A stretch of 64,000 nt of DNA from Candidatus Latescibacterota bacterium (GTDB taxonomy: Bacteria; Latescibacterota; UBA2968; UBA8231). The notes beneath the pieces are model-generated. The model was given only the letters and a program-made list of their open reading frames with translations, ran no database searches and had not been told where the DNA came from. Numbering within the stretch: position 1 is the stretch's first letter; each line of letters opens with the position of its first letter. The translations under genes were made by a program, and so were the position numbers. Location of the stretch: positions 544,001 through 608,000 of the forward strand of contig OZ241362.1 of the NCBI GenBank assembly GCA_965200315.1, written 5' to 3'. This document shows, in pieces, positions 48,785-59,707 of the stretch.

Positions 48785-51700
48785 GTGTGAAATGTTGCCC
48801 CGATTTCTAGGGGATTGAAACTTACGCCGACCTGGACCCGGCCGGTGGCCCGGGCCCGGCGTGTGAAATGTTGCCCCGATTTCTAGGGGATTGAAACGCT
48901 GGGTGCGGGGATACTGAAAAGTCGTCATTACGATCTCGTGTGAAATGTTGCCCCGATTTCTAGGGGATTGAAACTGCGGGGTGGGTGGAGCGGGGGGGGG
49001 GGGGTTAGGCGCGTGTGAAATGTTGCCCCGATTTCTAGGGGATTGAAACGCCGAAGCCAACGGTCACGCCAGGACAGCACTGCCCCCTCGTGTGAAATGT
49101 TGCCCCGATTTCTAGGGGATTGAAACTCCGACATGCCCGCCTGCCTGAGGGCGAGGCGGACGAAGTGTGAAATGTTGCCCCGATTTCTAGGGGATTGAAA
49201 CGATAACAACTATCCTCCGCCCGGAGGCGGGGGTTTGCCTGTGTGAAATGTTGCCCCGATTTCTAGGGGATTGAAACCTGCCGCACCGTGGTGGCGGGGG
49301 GAAGGTTGAGAATGGGGGTGTGAAATGTTGCCCCGATTTCTAGGGGATTGAAACCCGATGACCGCCATCGCTTCGAGGAATTCACGGAAGCGGGGTGTGA
49401 AATGTTGCCCCGATTTCTAGGGGATTGAAACTTGATGGCCGCAGGGGTCTTCGGCTCGAACCGGGGCGCGTGTGAAATGTTGCCCCGATTTCTAGGGGAT
49501 TGAAACACTGCTTCGATGGTGCTCATGATGATTCCTTTCTGAAAGGGTGTGAAATGTTGCCCCGATTTCTAGGGGATTGAAACCCGCCCGGTAGGCCGGC
49601 CCGCCCGTGGCGAGCAAGATAAAGTGTGAAATGTTGCCCCGATTTCTAGGGGATTGAAACTATAGGGCTTTTGGAGTTTACAAAAAAGTTAGGCACGGGT
49701 GTGAAATGTTGCCCCGATTTCTAGGGGATTGAAACCTTTGGTGGCCGCTGGCGCGCGCGCCTCGAACCGGGGCGCCGGCGTGTGAAATGTTGCCCCGATT
49801 TCTAGGGGATTGAAACTCCTTCTTGGAGGACACCGCGCCGATCGCCATCCCTATTGTGTGAAATGTTGCCCCGATTTCTAGGGGATTGAAACTGTGCTGC
49901 GGGGGTGGCTTGAGTCGTCATTGTAACAAGTGTGAAATGTTGCCCCGATTTCTAGGGGATTGAAACCGGGGGCGGTTTTCTGAGTGGTCGTCATAACAAT
50001 CTCCGTGTGAAATGTTGCCCCGATTTCTAGGGGATTGAAACCCTCCACCTGGTGGTAGGCGTGGCCGTAGCCATCGCCGTGTGAAATGTTGCCCCGATTT
50101 CTAGGGGATTGAAACCTTCTGCCTGGTAATGCAGGAAGGCCAACGTATGGCGGGTGTGAAATGTTGCCCCGATTTCTAGGGGATTGAAACTGCCATTGAT
50201 TGTGAGGGTGGCGGGGCCCTCGAGGGGTACGTTGTGTGAAATGTTGCCCCGATTTCTAGGGGATTGAAACAGGAGCTGCCGACAGCGGCTCACGACGAGA
50301 CCCGCTGCACGTGTGAAATGTTGCCCCGATTTCTAGGGGATTGAAACACAATCCCCTCTCCGCGAGGGGTTTCGGCGCGCGCCCCGACGATGGGGGCCGC
50401 GCCGACTTCCGTGTGTGAAATGTTGCCCCGATTTCTAGGGGATTGAAACCGCGACATAGCGGATGAGCTCCGCCTCTTTGGCAGGCTCGTGTGAAATGTT
50501 GCCCCGATTTCTAGGGGATTGAAACTGACCACCACCGCCTCAAGGAGTTCACGGCAGCGGGTCATGTGTGAAATGTTGCCCCGATTTCTAGGGGATTGAA
50601 ACAAGAAATACCAACCCGCGACTAACTCGCGCGGAACATCTTGTGTGAAATGTTGCCCCGATTTCTAGGGGATTGAAACGCGATAATAAAGCAATGCGTT
50701 TCATTTCAATCTCCTAATGGTGTGAAATGTTGCCCCGATTTCTAGGGGATTGAAACCTTCTTGGAGGTGGCCGTGGTGGTCATGCTATTCTCCTTCCCCG
50801 TGTGAAATGTTGCCCCGATTTCTAGGGGATTGAAACTCTCCTTGCCCCTGTGGGGCTATGAGAGTTAGTACAAAAAAGGTGTGAAATGTTGCCCCGATTT
50901 CTAGGGGATTGAAACCTTCTTGGAGGTGGCCGTGGTGGTCATGCTATTCTCCTTCCCCGTGTGAAATGTTGCCCCGATTTCTAGGGGATTGAAACTCTCC
51001 TTGCCCCTGTGGGGCTATGAGAGTTAGTACAAAAAAGGTGTGAAATGTTGCCCCGATTTCTAGGGGATTGAAACGCAGCTTCTCGAAGACCTCCCGCGAT
51101 GCTCTGCGGCGATGGTGTGAAATGTTGCCCCGATTTCTAGGGGATTGAAACATTGGGCAGTACGAAAGTTGTCATACGATTCTCCTTGCCCGTGTGAAAT
51201 GTTGCCCCGATTTCTAGGGGATTGAAACGGACGAGGGACGTGCGGGCGGTTAGGAGTTTCATTTTCAATGTGTGAAATGTTGCCCCGATTTCTAGGGGAT
51301 TGAAACACAGACGACGGCGACCAAGTGAATCGGCAGGGTGCCGATCAGTGTGAAATGTTGCCCCGATTTCTAGGGGATTGAAACTGCAATCTCCTCTAGT
51401 GCGGCCGTTATGGCCTCCGAGAGAGTGTGAAATGTTGCCCCGATTTCTAGGGGATTGAAACGCGATAATAAAGCAATGCGTTTCATTTCAATCTCCTAAT
51501 GGTGTGAAATGTTGCCCCGATTTCTAGGGGATTGAAACCTTCTTGGAGGTGGCCGTGGTGGTCATGCTATTCTCCTTCCCCGTGTGAAATGTTGCCCCGA
51601 TTTCTAGGGGATTGAAACTCTCCTTGCCCCTGTGGGGCTATGAGAGTTAGTACAAAAAAGGTGTGAAATGTTGCCCCGATTTCTAGGGGATTGAAACGCA

Positions 51701-54700
51701 GCTTCTCGAAGACCTCCCGCGATGCTCTGCGGCGATGGTGTGAAATGTTGCCCCGATTTCTAGGGGATTGAAACATTGGGCAGTACGAAAGTTGTCATAC
51801 GATTCTCCTTGCCCGTGTGAAATGTTGCCCCGATTTCTAGGGGATTGAAACGGACGAGGGACGTGCGGGCGGTTAGGAGTTTCATTTTCAATGTGTGAAA
51901 TGTTGCCCCGATTTCTAGGGGATTGAAACACAGACGACGGCGACCAAGTGAATCGGCAGGGTGCCGATCAGTGTGAAATGTTGCCCCGATTTCTAGGGGA
52001 TTGAAACTGCAATCTCCTCTAGTGCGGCCGTTATGGCCTCCGAGAGAGTGTGAAATGTTGCCCCGATTTCTAGGGGATTGAAACCCGCGCCAGCTTGTAC
52101 TTATACGTCATCATTGCGCGGCGGTGTGAAATGTTGCCCCGATTTCTAGGGGATTGAAACTTCCATTCTCCTTTTTTACGGTGCATGCCTTGACAAACCA
52201 GTGTGAAATGTTGCCCCGATTTCTAGGGGATTGAAACCCTTTCCCCCCAAAACGCACACGGCGCACGGCCGCTAAGTGTGAAATGTTGCCCCGATTTCTA
52301 GGGGATTGAAACCTCCTTGCCCCGTTAGGGGCTCTCTATGGAGTGAATACAAGTGTGAAATGTTGCCCCGATTTCTAGGGGATTGAAACTCGTCATCTTT
52401 CTCTTTCTCCTTCTCCTTTCTTTCTTGTGTGAAATGTTGCCCCGATTTCTAGGGGATTGAAACCTCCGCCTTATGGATTTGATGGCGGCGGCGGTCGGCC
52501 TCGTGTGAAATGTTGCCCCGATTTCTAGGGGATTGAAACTTGGGGGACAGCCGGACGGCGTTGTCGTACTCCTCAACGGGTGTGAAATGTTGCCCCGATT
52601 TCTAGGGGATTGAAACACGGTTTCGCGGACGGACTGGGACTGCTGGGTGCTGCTGGGTGTGAAATGTTGCCCCGATTTCTAGGGGATTGAAACGGGGCGA
52701 GCCCCCAGTTCCCGCAGAATATTGTCCACCATCCGTGTGAAATGTTGCCCCGATTTCTAGGGGATTGAAACGATGGCACGGGTTGAACTGGTGCTGCTGG
52801 ACTGCATGCTGCGTGTGAAATGTTGCCCCGATTTCTAGGGGATTGAAACCATGTGAAGAAGTAATAGCCTTCGGGGCGTGCTGCCCCGTGTGTGAAATGT
52901 TGCCCCGATTTCTAGGGGATTGAAACCTGCCGCGCCCCTTCATGGCTAAGGTCGCGGGGGGCTATGTGTGAAATGTTGCCCCGATTTCTAGGGGATTGAA
53001 ACCCAGGCCCGCGCGCCAACACTGTGCTCCTCTACATCTACGTGTGAAATGTTGCCCCGATTTCTAGGGGATTGAAACGCGAGACTGCTGGGTGCGGGGG
53101 TACTGGAACGTGGTCATGTGTGAAATGTTGCCCCGATTTCTAGGGGATTGAAACCGGCGGCGGCCTTCTGCCTCAGCCCAGGCGCGCAGCCCCCGTGTGA
53201 AATGTTGCCCCGATTTCTAGGGGATTGAAACCAACTTCGGCCATTCGGCCGCCTGAAAATATAGTTCAAGTGTGAAATGTTGCCCCGATTTCTAGGGGAT
53301 TGAAACGGCGGGAGGGGTGGGGCGGGGGGCTATGCGCGGCCGGCGGGTGTGAAATGTTGCCCCGATTTCTAGGGGATTGAAACATGCTTTTCTCCTTCTT
53401 TGGGGGTGAAAAAAACTGGTTTCGGTGTGAAATGTTGCCCCGATTTCTAGGGGATTGAAACTTGTGCAATACTTTTTTTCTCTTATTCCCCACTTTTCAC
53501 GTGTGAAATGTTGCCCCGATTTCTAGGGGATTGAAACATCCCGATGCGGGCGAAGCGCGTAAGGGTCTCGATGGTCTCGGTGTGAAATGTTGCCCCGATT
53601 TCTAGGGGATTGAAACTCATGGGTGGCCTCCTTGAGCTGGGCGAGTAGCTCCGGAGAGTGTGAAATGTTGCCCCGATTTCTAGGGGATTGAAACCCGCGA
53701 CATTCTCATCGCGGGCGGCATCGAGCCGCTCTTCGTGTGAAATGTTGCCCCGATTTCTAGGGGATTGAAACACCTCCCCAAGGATGAGCGTAAGGTGCAG
53801 GTACAGCGCTGTGTGAAATGTTGCCCCGATTTCTAGGGGATTGAAACAAGCTAGAGCGTTTTTTCGATAGTTCGTCGGGCACCTCCGGTGTGAAATGTTG
53901 CCCCGATTTCTAGGGGATTGAAACTATTTCTGCTGGCTTCAAGCTCGGCGTGGGCTGAGCCGCCCTGTGCGGCCTACGTGTGAAATGTTGCCCCGATTTC
54001 TAGGGGATTGAAACAGATCTACGGTTGCGCGGATGCGCGCATCGCGCTCCGCAGGTGTGAAATGTTGCCCCGATTTCTAGGGGATTGAAACGTCGTGCCC
54101 AGGACGTGGGAGGCTAACCGCTTTCGCGGCGTGTGAAATGTTGCCCCGATTTCTAGGGGATTGAAACGGAGTCGGAGTCGTAGCGGGACCAGTCCCTTAT
54201 GAGGACAGGTGTGAAATGTTGCCCCGATTTCTAGGGGATTGAAACCTGACCGACGCGGTGAAGTGCGACGTCACCTTGTCGATGTGTGAAATGTTGCCCC
54301 GATTTCTAGGGGATTGAAACACGTAGACTACCGTCGCCTTCTCCTCGCCGTCCGCCGACTCCGGTGTGAAATGTTGCCCCGATTTCTAGGGGATTGAAAC
54401 GTGGCGCGACACGAAGATATTCATTTCAATCTCCTTGGGAGTGTGAAATGTTGCCCCGATTTCTAGGGGATTGAAACGTGCTGCGAGACTGCGACTGCTG
54501 ATTGGGGTACTGAAAAGGTGTGAAATGTTGCCCCGATTTCTAGGGGATTGAAACTCAGTAACCTCTGGCGGCGCGAACTTCGGCGTCGCGCATGTGTGAA
54601 ATGTTGCCCCGATTTCTAGGGGATTGAAACAGGATTAGGTGGGTGTGGGGGGCTAACCCCACGGATTTGGAGAGTGTGAAATGTTGCCCCGATTTCTAGG

Positions 54701-57316
54701 GGATTGAAACCGCGTCCCCGGAGGGGTTTTAACGTGCAATTCCCAACCGTGTGAAATGTTGCCCCGATTTCTAGGGGATTGAAACTGCTGCTGGTTTGGC
54801 AGTACGAAAGTTGTCATGCGAGTGTGTGAAATGTTGCCCCGATTTCTAGGGGATTGAAACATCTTGTAGGTGGTCATAGTTCAATCCTCTCGGTTGGCGA
54901 GGTGTGAAATGTTGCCCCGATTTCTAGGGGATTGAAACGGAAATACAACTCTACTTCTACTTTCTTCATCTTCATGAGTGTGAAATGTTGCCCCGATTTC
55001 TAGGGGATTGAAACCATAGACATCGACGCGGTAGACCGCGACACCAACTTCAGTGTGAAATGTTGCCCCGATTTCTAGGGGATTGAAACTCTGCGAGAGA
55101 CTCGCGGAGCTCGTTTTCGCCCATGCCGAGTGTGAAATGTTGCCCCGATTTCTAGGGGATTGAAACGGGGATGCCGTTTGTCTCCAATTCGGCGCGGGCG
55201 CGGGTGTGAAATGTTGCCCCGATTTCTAGGGGATTGAAACACGGGTTGCGTGCGCGTGCCCACTACCTCGTACTAGGAGGTGTGAAATGTTGCCCCGATT
55301 TCTAGGGGATTGAAACACGCCGGTTGGCCGAGCCGGGGGCCTTGCCAGTGCGGCCGGGTGTGAAATGTTGCCCCGATTTCTAGGGGATTGAAACGAAAGG
55401 ATGCGCATGAGTGTTCGGGGGCCGGGCGTCATCGTGTGAAATGTTGCCCCGATTTCTAGGGGATTGAAACGGACCGGCGCGTGCGGGTTAGTGGGCGCTG
55501 CGCATGATCTCGTGTGAAATGTTGCCCCGATTTCTAGGGGATTGAAACGTGAATAACCACGCCTCCCTCTTCGGGGGCGGCGGCCTTGGGTGTGAAATGT
55601 TGCCCCGATTTCTAGGGGATTGAAACGCTACTGCGCTGTCGACCAATCCGAAGATGCGCGAAGGCGTGTGAAATGTTGCCCCGATTTCTAGGGGATTGAA
55701 ACACCAGTCATGTAGAGATGGCACGGAGTACTTCCCGTGAGGGTGTGAAATGTTGCCCCGATTTCTAGGGGATTGAAACTCTGCGAGAGACTCGCGGAGC
55801 TCGTTTTCGCCCATGCCGAGTGTGAAATGTTGCCCCGATTTCTAGGGGATTGAAACGGGGATGCCGTTTGTCTCCAATTCGGCGCGGGCGCGGGTGTGAA
55901 ATGTTGCCCCGATTTCTAGGGGATTGAAACACGGGTTGCGTGCGCGTGCCCACTACCTCGTACTAGGAGGTGTGAAATGTTGCCCCGATTTCTAGGGGAT
56001 TGAAACACGCCGGTTGGCCGAGCCGGGGGCCTTGCCAGTGCGGCCGGGTGTGAAATGTTGCCCCGATTTCTAGGGGATTGAAACGAAAGGATGCGCATGA
56101 GTGTTCGGGGGCCGGGCGTCATCGTGTGAAATGTTGCCCCGATTTCTAGGGGATTGAAACGGACCGGCGCGTGCGGGTTAGTGGGCGCTGCGCATGATCT
56201 CGTGTGAAATGTTGCCCCGATTTCTAGGGGATTGAAACGTGAATAACCACGCCTCCCTCTTCGGGGGCGGCGGCCTTGGGTGTGAAATGTTGCCCCGATT
56301 TCTAGGGGATTGAAACGCTACTGCGCTGTCGACCAATCCGAAGATGCGCGAAGGCGTGTGAAATGTTGCCCCGATTTCTAGGGGATTGAAACACCAGTCA
56401 TGTAGAGATGGCACGGAGTACTTCCCGTGAGGGTGTGAAATGTTGCCCCGATTTCTAGGGGATTGAAACGCGAGCTTCTCCGCCGCGGCGCGTTTCACGC
56501 CGGCCGCGGTGTGAAATGTTGCCCCGATTTCTAGGGGATTGAAACCGGCCGTGCTCGCTGGCGTCATACTGAAAGGATGCGCATGAGTGTGAAATGTTGC
56601 CCCGATTTCTAGGGGATTGAAACTAGTTCTCCCGGGGCTCGCTACGGGGCCATACAAAAACGGTGTGAAATGTTGCCCCGATTTCTAGGGGATTGAAACT
56701 CGGTGCGCTGCTCGGTGGTGCGGGTTTCTTTTTTAGCAGGTGTGAAATGTTGCCCCGATTTCTAGGGGATTGAAACCTGCTGCGCCCGCCGGTGGCGCCG
56801 CAGAGCAGCCCCCGGTGTAAAATGTTGCCCCGATTTCTAGGGGATTGAAACCGGACTATCCGGCGTCAAAAAGGCAACTAGAAGCTACAGTGTGAAATGT
56901 TGCCCCGATTTCGAGGGGATTGAAACAGTTTCCCCCCCCTCGAAGACGTGGTAATGAGCTAGGGGCTGTGTGAAATGTTGCCCCGATTTCTAGGGGATTG
57001 AAACGGCACTGTAGTGCTCGAAGGCTAGTTGGTGGCGGATGGCGTGTGAAATGTTGCCCCGATTTCTAGGGGATTGAAACTGCCAGCGCAAACAACGCGC
57101 TGGGGTGAAATGCAACTGCGTGTGAAATGTTGCCCCGATTTCTAGGGGATTGAAACCCATGCGCTGGGCCTCGTCGTAGACGATGAACGGGTAGGTGGTG
57201 TGAAATGTTGCCCCGATTTCTAGGGGATTGAAACCCTGGTAAGCGGTAAGGCTATCACACACTCGCTACTATTTAACCAGTATAAAATGTTACCCCCATT
57301 ATCAGGGAATCGACAC
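48785..57316 (+). CRISPR. CRISPR array, 37-nt repeat GTGTGAAATGTTGCCCCGATTTCTAGGGGATTGAAAC, about 110 repeats plus a degenerate terminal repeat, spacers mostly about 37-44 nt
   Basis: Manual count gives about 110 spacers (about 91 unique). The CCCC/GGGG hairpin, the ATTGAAAC 3' end (type III 8-nt tag), the left-hand leader and the degenerate repeat at 57280-57316 all indicate + strand transcription. Confidence 0.99.
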
Positions 57317-57360
57317 AAAAAAGGTCGGAAGCATAGATGACGCTCCGACCTTTTTTATTT
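57317..57360 (+). terminator. Terminator closing the CRISPR transcript
   Basis: AAAAAAGGTCGGA...TCCGACCTTTTTT. Confidence 0.8.
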
Positions 57361-57519
57361 ATAAAGTTGCGTCCACCGCCTGCTTGACGCTCTAAAAACA
57401 AAGGCATTATTTAGCGGCTGGGCGATCAGACTGAAGCTCTTTTGCTATGGATTGGCGCGAGCACCTCGACTACCCCCGGGTGCGCGGGCGTCTCGCCCGC
57501 TTTGCGTGTCACTTTTACT

Positions 57520-58347
57520 ATGGATTGGCGCGAGCACCTCGACTACCTACTCTCTTGCGTTCAGATACAGGCGCGGCTGTTGCTGCTAGACACGCCTCTA
57601 GTTGAAGCGACCACGCCCATGTTGCGGGGCGTCTGGGGGCGGGCACTGCGGCATTTGGACGAGGAGGCGTATCAGCAGGTGTTCGCAGGCGACATGCTGG
57701 GGCATCGGCGCGTCCCCCGCTACATCCTGAGGCCAGCACCCCCCGACCCAGCGACTGCACCGGCCATCGAATGGCTCTTGCTCGGAGTCCACGAAAATTT
57801 AGAAGAAGTATTGTGGCGGGCTTGGGACGTGGCCAGCGGCATGGGGCTGGGGCCTGAGCGCACACCCTTTCGCGTACGCGAATGGCGACCGCTGGGCGCG
57901 GATAAATGGGACTTATCCACTGCAACCTGGCCCCTGCCCGGCGACCCCGCCACTACGCCGTGCCGCCTGCATTTCCCTACATCCCTGCGACTGCTCCGGG
58001 GCGGCAAACTGCTTTCCACCCCAAACTTAGAGGATGTGGCGACAGCTACCACACGCCGCATCGCCACGCTAGCCGGCACAACCAGCGGAGAAACCTATCG
58101 AGATTTAATCCGAAATATCGGTCAGGTGGCCGCCGGGCTAGCGGGTGCTCCGTGGCGCGGGCGGCGGTTCGACTTTGTGCGCTGGTCCGGTGCCCAACAG
58201 CGCGAGCTAAACATGCGCGGCGTGACCGGCGACTTAGCCCTGCCCACAGGGCCCGGCCCACTCTGGCCGCTATTGGCCGCCGCTTGCTGGACCCATATTG
58301 GCAAAGGCACGGTCTTTGGGCTAGGCCAATTGCACATCACACCGTAA
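57520..58347 (+). CDS. cas6: CRISPR pre-crRNA processing endoribonuclease Cas6
   Basis: MLRGVWGRAL, LHFPTSLRL, C-terminal G-loop HIGKGTVFGLG; lies directly after the array. Confidence 0.88.
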   Translation: MDWREHLDYLLSCVQIQARLLLLDTPLVEATTPMLRGVWGRALRHLDEEAYQQVFAGDMLGHRRVPRYILRPAPPDPATAPAIEWLLLGVHENLEEVLWRAWDVASGMGLGPERTPFRVREWRPLGADKWDLSTATWPLPGDPATTPCRLHFPTSLRLLRGGKLLSTPNLEDVATATTRRIATLAGTTSGETYRDLIRNIGQVAAGLAGAPWRGRRFDFVRWSGAQQRELNMRGVTGDLALPTGPGPLWPLLAAACWTHIGKGTVFGLGQLHITP

Positions 58348-58356
58348 CCGCCCGTC

Positions 58357-59646
58357 TCATGCCGCCTCCACCTCGACCCAAAGTTCCTCTACCCCGCGTA
58401 TCGTAATGCGCTTCATGCGCTTGGGCTCGCGCGCCAAGCGAATCGACCGAAACCGCCGCAGCAGGGCTCCGAACGCGATGCGGCCCTGCATTTCCGCCAA
58501 CGGCGCACCCAAGCAGTAGTGAATGCCGCGCCCAAATGAGAGATGGCTCTTGGCTTTGCGGCCAATGTCTAGCACGTCTGGGTTCTCAAAGACTTCCGGG
58601 TCGCGGTTCACCGCGCCGAGCAACGAAAGGACCATTTGCCCGGCGCGAATTTGCTTGCCGCCAATCTCCATATCTTCGAGCACCACCCGCCCGTCGATCT
58701 GGACCGGCGAATCGTAGCGCAGCAGTTCCTTGACGGCTGAATCCATCAAGTCTGGGTTGTCCCGCAGGCGTTGCAGTTGATCTGGGTTTGAAAGCAGCGC
58801 CAACATGCCATTGCTTATCATGTTCTGCGTCGTTTCGTTCCCGGCAATCAACAGCAGCATCAGCGTATGGATGAGTTCTTGGTGCGTGAGCTTGCTGCCT
58901 TCCTCTTCGGCGGCTAGCAGCAGGCTGATCAGGTCGTCCTGCGGCTGCCGACGCCGCACGGCGATGATGCCCTCAAAGTATTCGGTCAGCTCTTCTGCGG
59001 CACACCGCACGCGCTCGACTTCATCTTGCCTCACAAACGGCTCAATGGTGAGCGCGATTTCGTTGGACCAGACCTTGAAGCGATCCATGTCTTTGGGCGG
59101 AATACCCATCATGCCCGCGATGATTGTGACCGGCAAAGGGTACGACAAGGTGGAGACCAGATCGAAGCAGGGCTGGCCGGCGACCACGTCGAGGAAATGT
59201 TCGGTCGTCTGTTCAATTGCGGAGTAGCGCTTTCCAATGGCGCGCGGAGTAAACGCCTGCGAGACGAGTGCCCGCAGGCGCGTGTGGTCGGGCGGATCTT
59301 GATGTATCAGGCTGACGAGGCCCGTCTGGTCGCGGGCTTCATTGGGGACGCGATTTGAGAAGCGGACTTGGTCCCGCAAAACCGCGTCGCAATCTTTGTA
59401 GCGCGTCAAGGCCCATCCGTTCATCAGCCGCATTCGATGCACGGGATCTTTCTGCCGCATTTGGGCGTACGTTGGATACGGATCCGCCATGACCTCGGCC
59501 GAGCCGGGATGGTAGGCAACGCCCGATTCGAGACGCTCCCACGTGAGCAGGGCCTTGATCGCTAGCGGCTCTATGGCCTTGCGCGCCAACTCGGCGAGAT
59601 GGTTGGTCGAACTGCTTTTAGGCACGCGATGTAATCCTCCTATCAA
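58357..59646 (-). CDS. Cytochrome P450
   Basis: [29 protein letters not shown]; exact start uncertain. Confidence 0.93.
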   Translation of the reverse strand: MIGGLHRVPKSSSTNHLAELARKAIEPLAIKALLTWERLESGVAYHPGSAEVMADPYPTYAQMRQKDPVHRMRLMNGWALTRYKDCDAVLRDQVRFSNRVPNEARDQTGLVSLIHQDPPDHTRLRALVSQAFTPRAIGKRYSAIEQTTEHFLDVVAGQPCFDLVSTLSYPLPVTIIAGMMGIPPKDMDRFKVWSNEIALTIEPFVRQDEVERVRCAAEELTEYFEGIIAVRRRQPQDDLISLLLAAEEEGSKLTHQELIHTLMLLLIAGNETTQNMISNGMLALLSNPDQLQRLRDNPDLMDSAVKELLRYDSPVQIDGRVVLEDMEIGGKQIRAGQMVLSLLGAVNRDPEVFENPDVLDIGRKAKSHLSFGRGIHYCLGAPLAEMQGRIAFGALLRRFRSIRLAREPKRMKRITIRGVEELWVEVEAA

Positions 59647-59707
59647 CTGTCGATTGAGTCAAAATGGACAATTCGGCCCCGTTTATCAAGAAAAACAAAA
59701 TCAGGGC

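Noticed and set aside
48731-57262. Many minus-strand ORFs containing FQSPRNRGNISH / FNPLEIGATFHT repeats
   Set aside because: They are translations of the CRISPR repeat, not proteins.
48785-57316. Self-targeting of genes within this window
   Set aside because: No spacer match to window sequence noticed by eye; not exhaustively tested, and the rest of the genome is not visible.
57442-57519. N-terminal extension of Cas6 given in the ORF track
   Set aside because: It consists of the out-of-frame duplicated start and the palindrome; ATG 57520 is the more plausible start.
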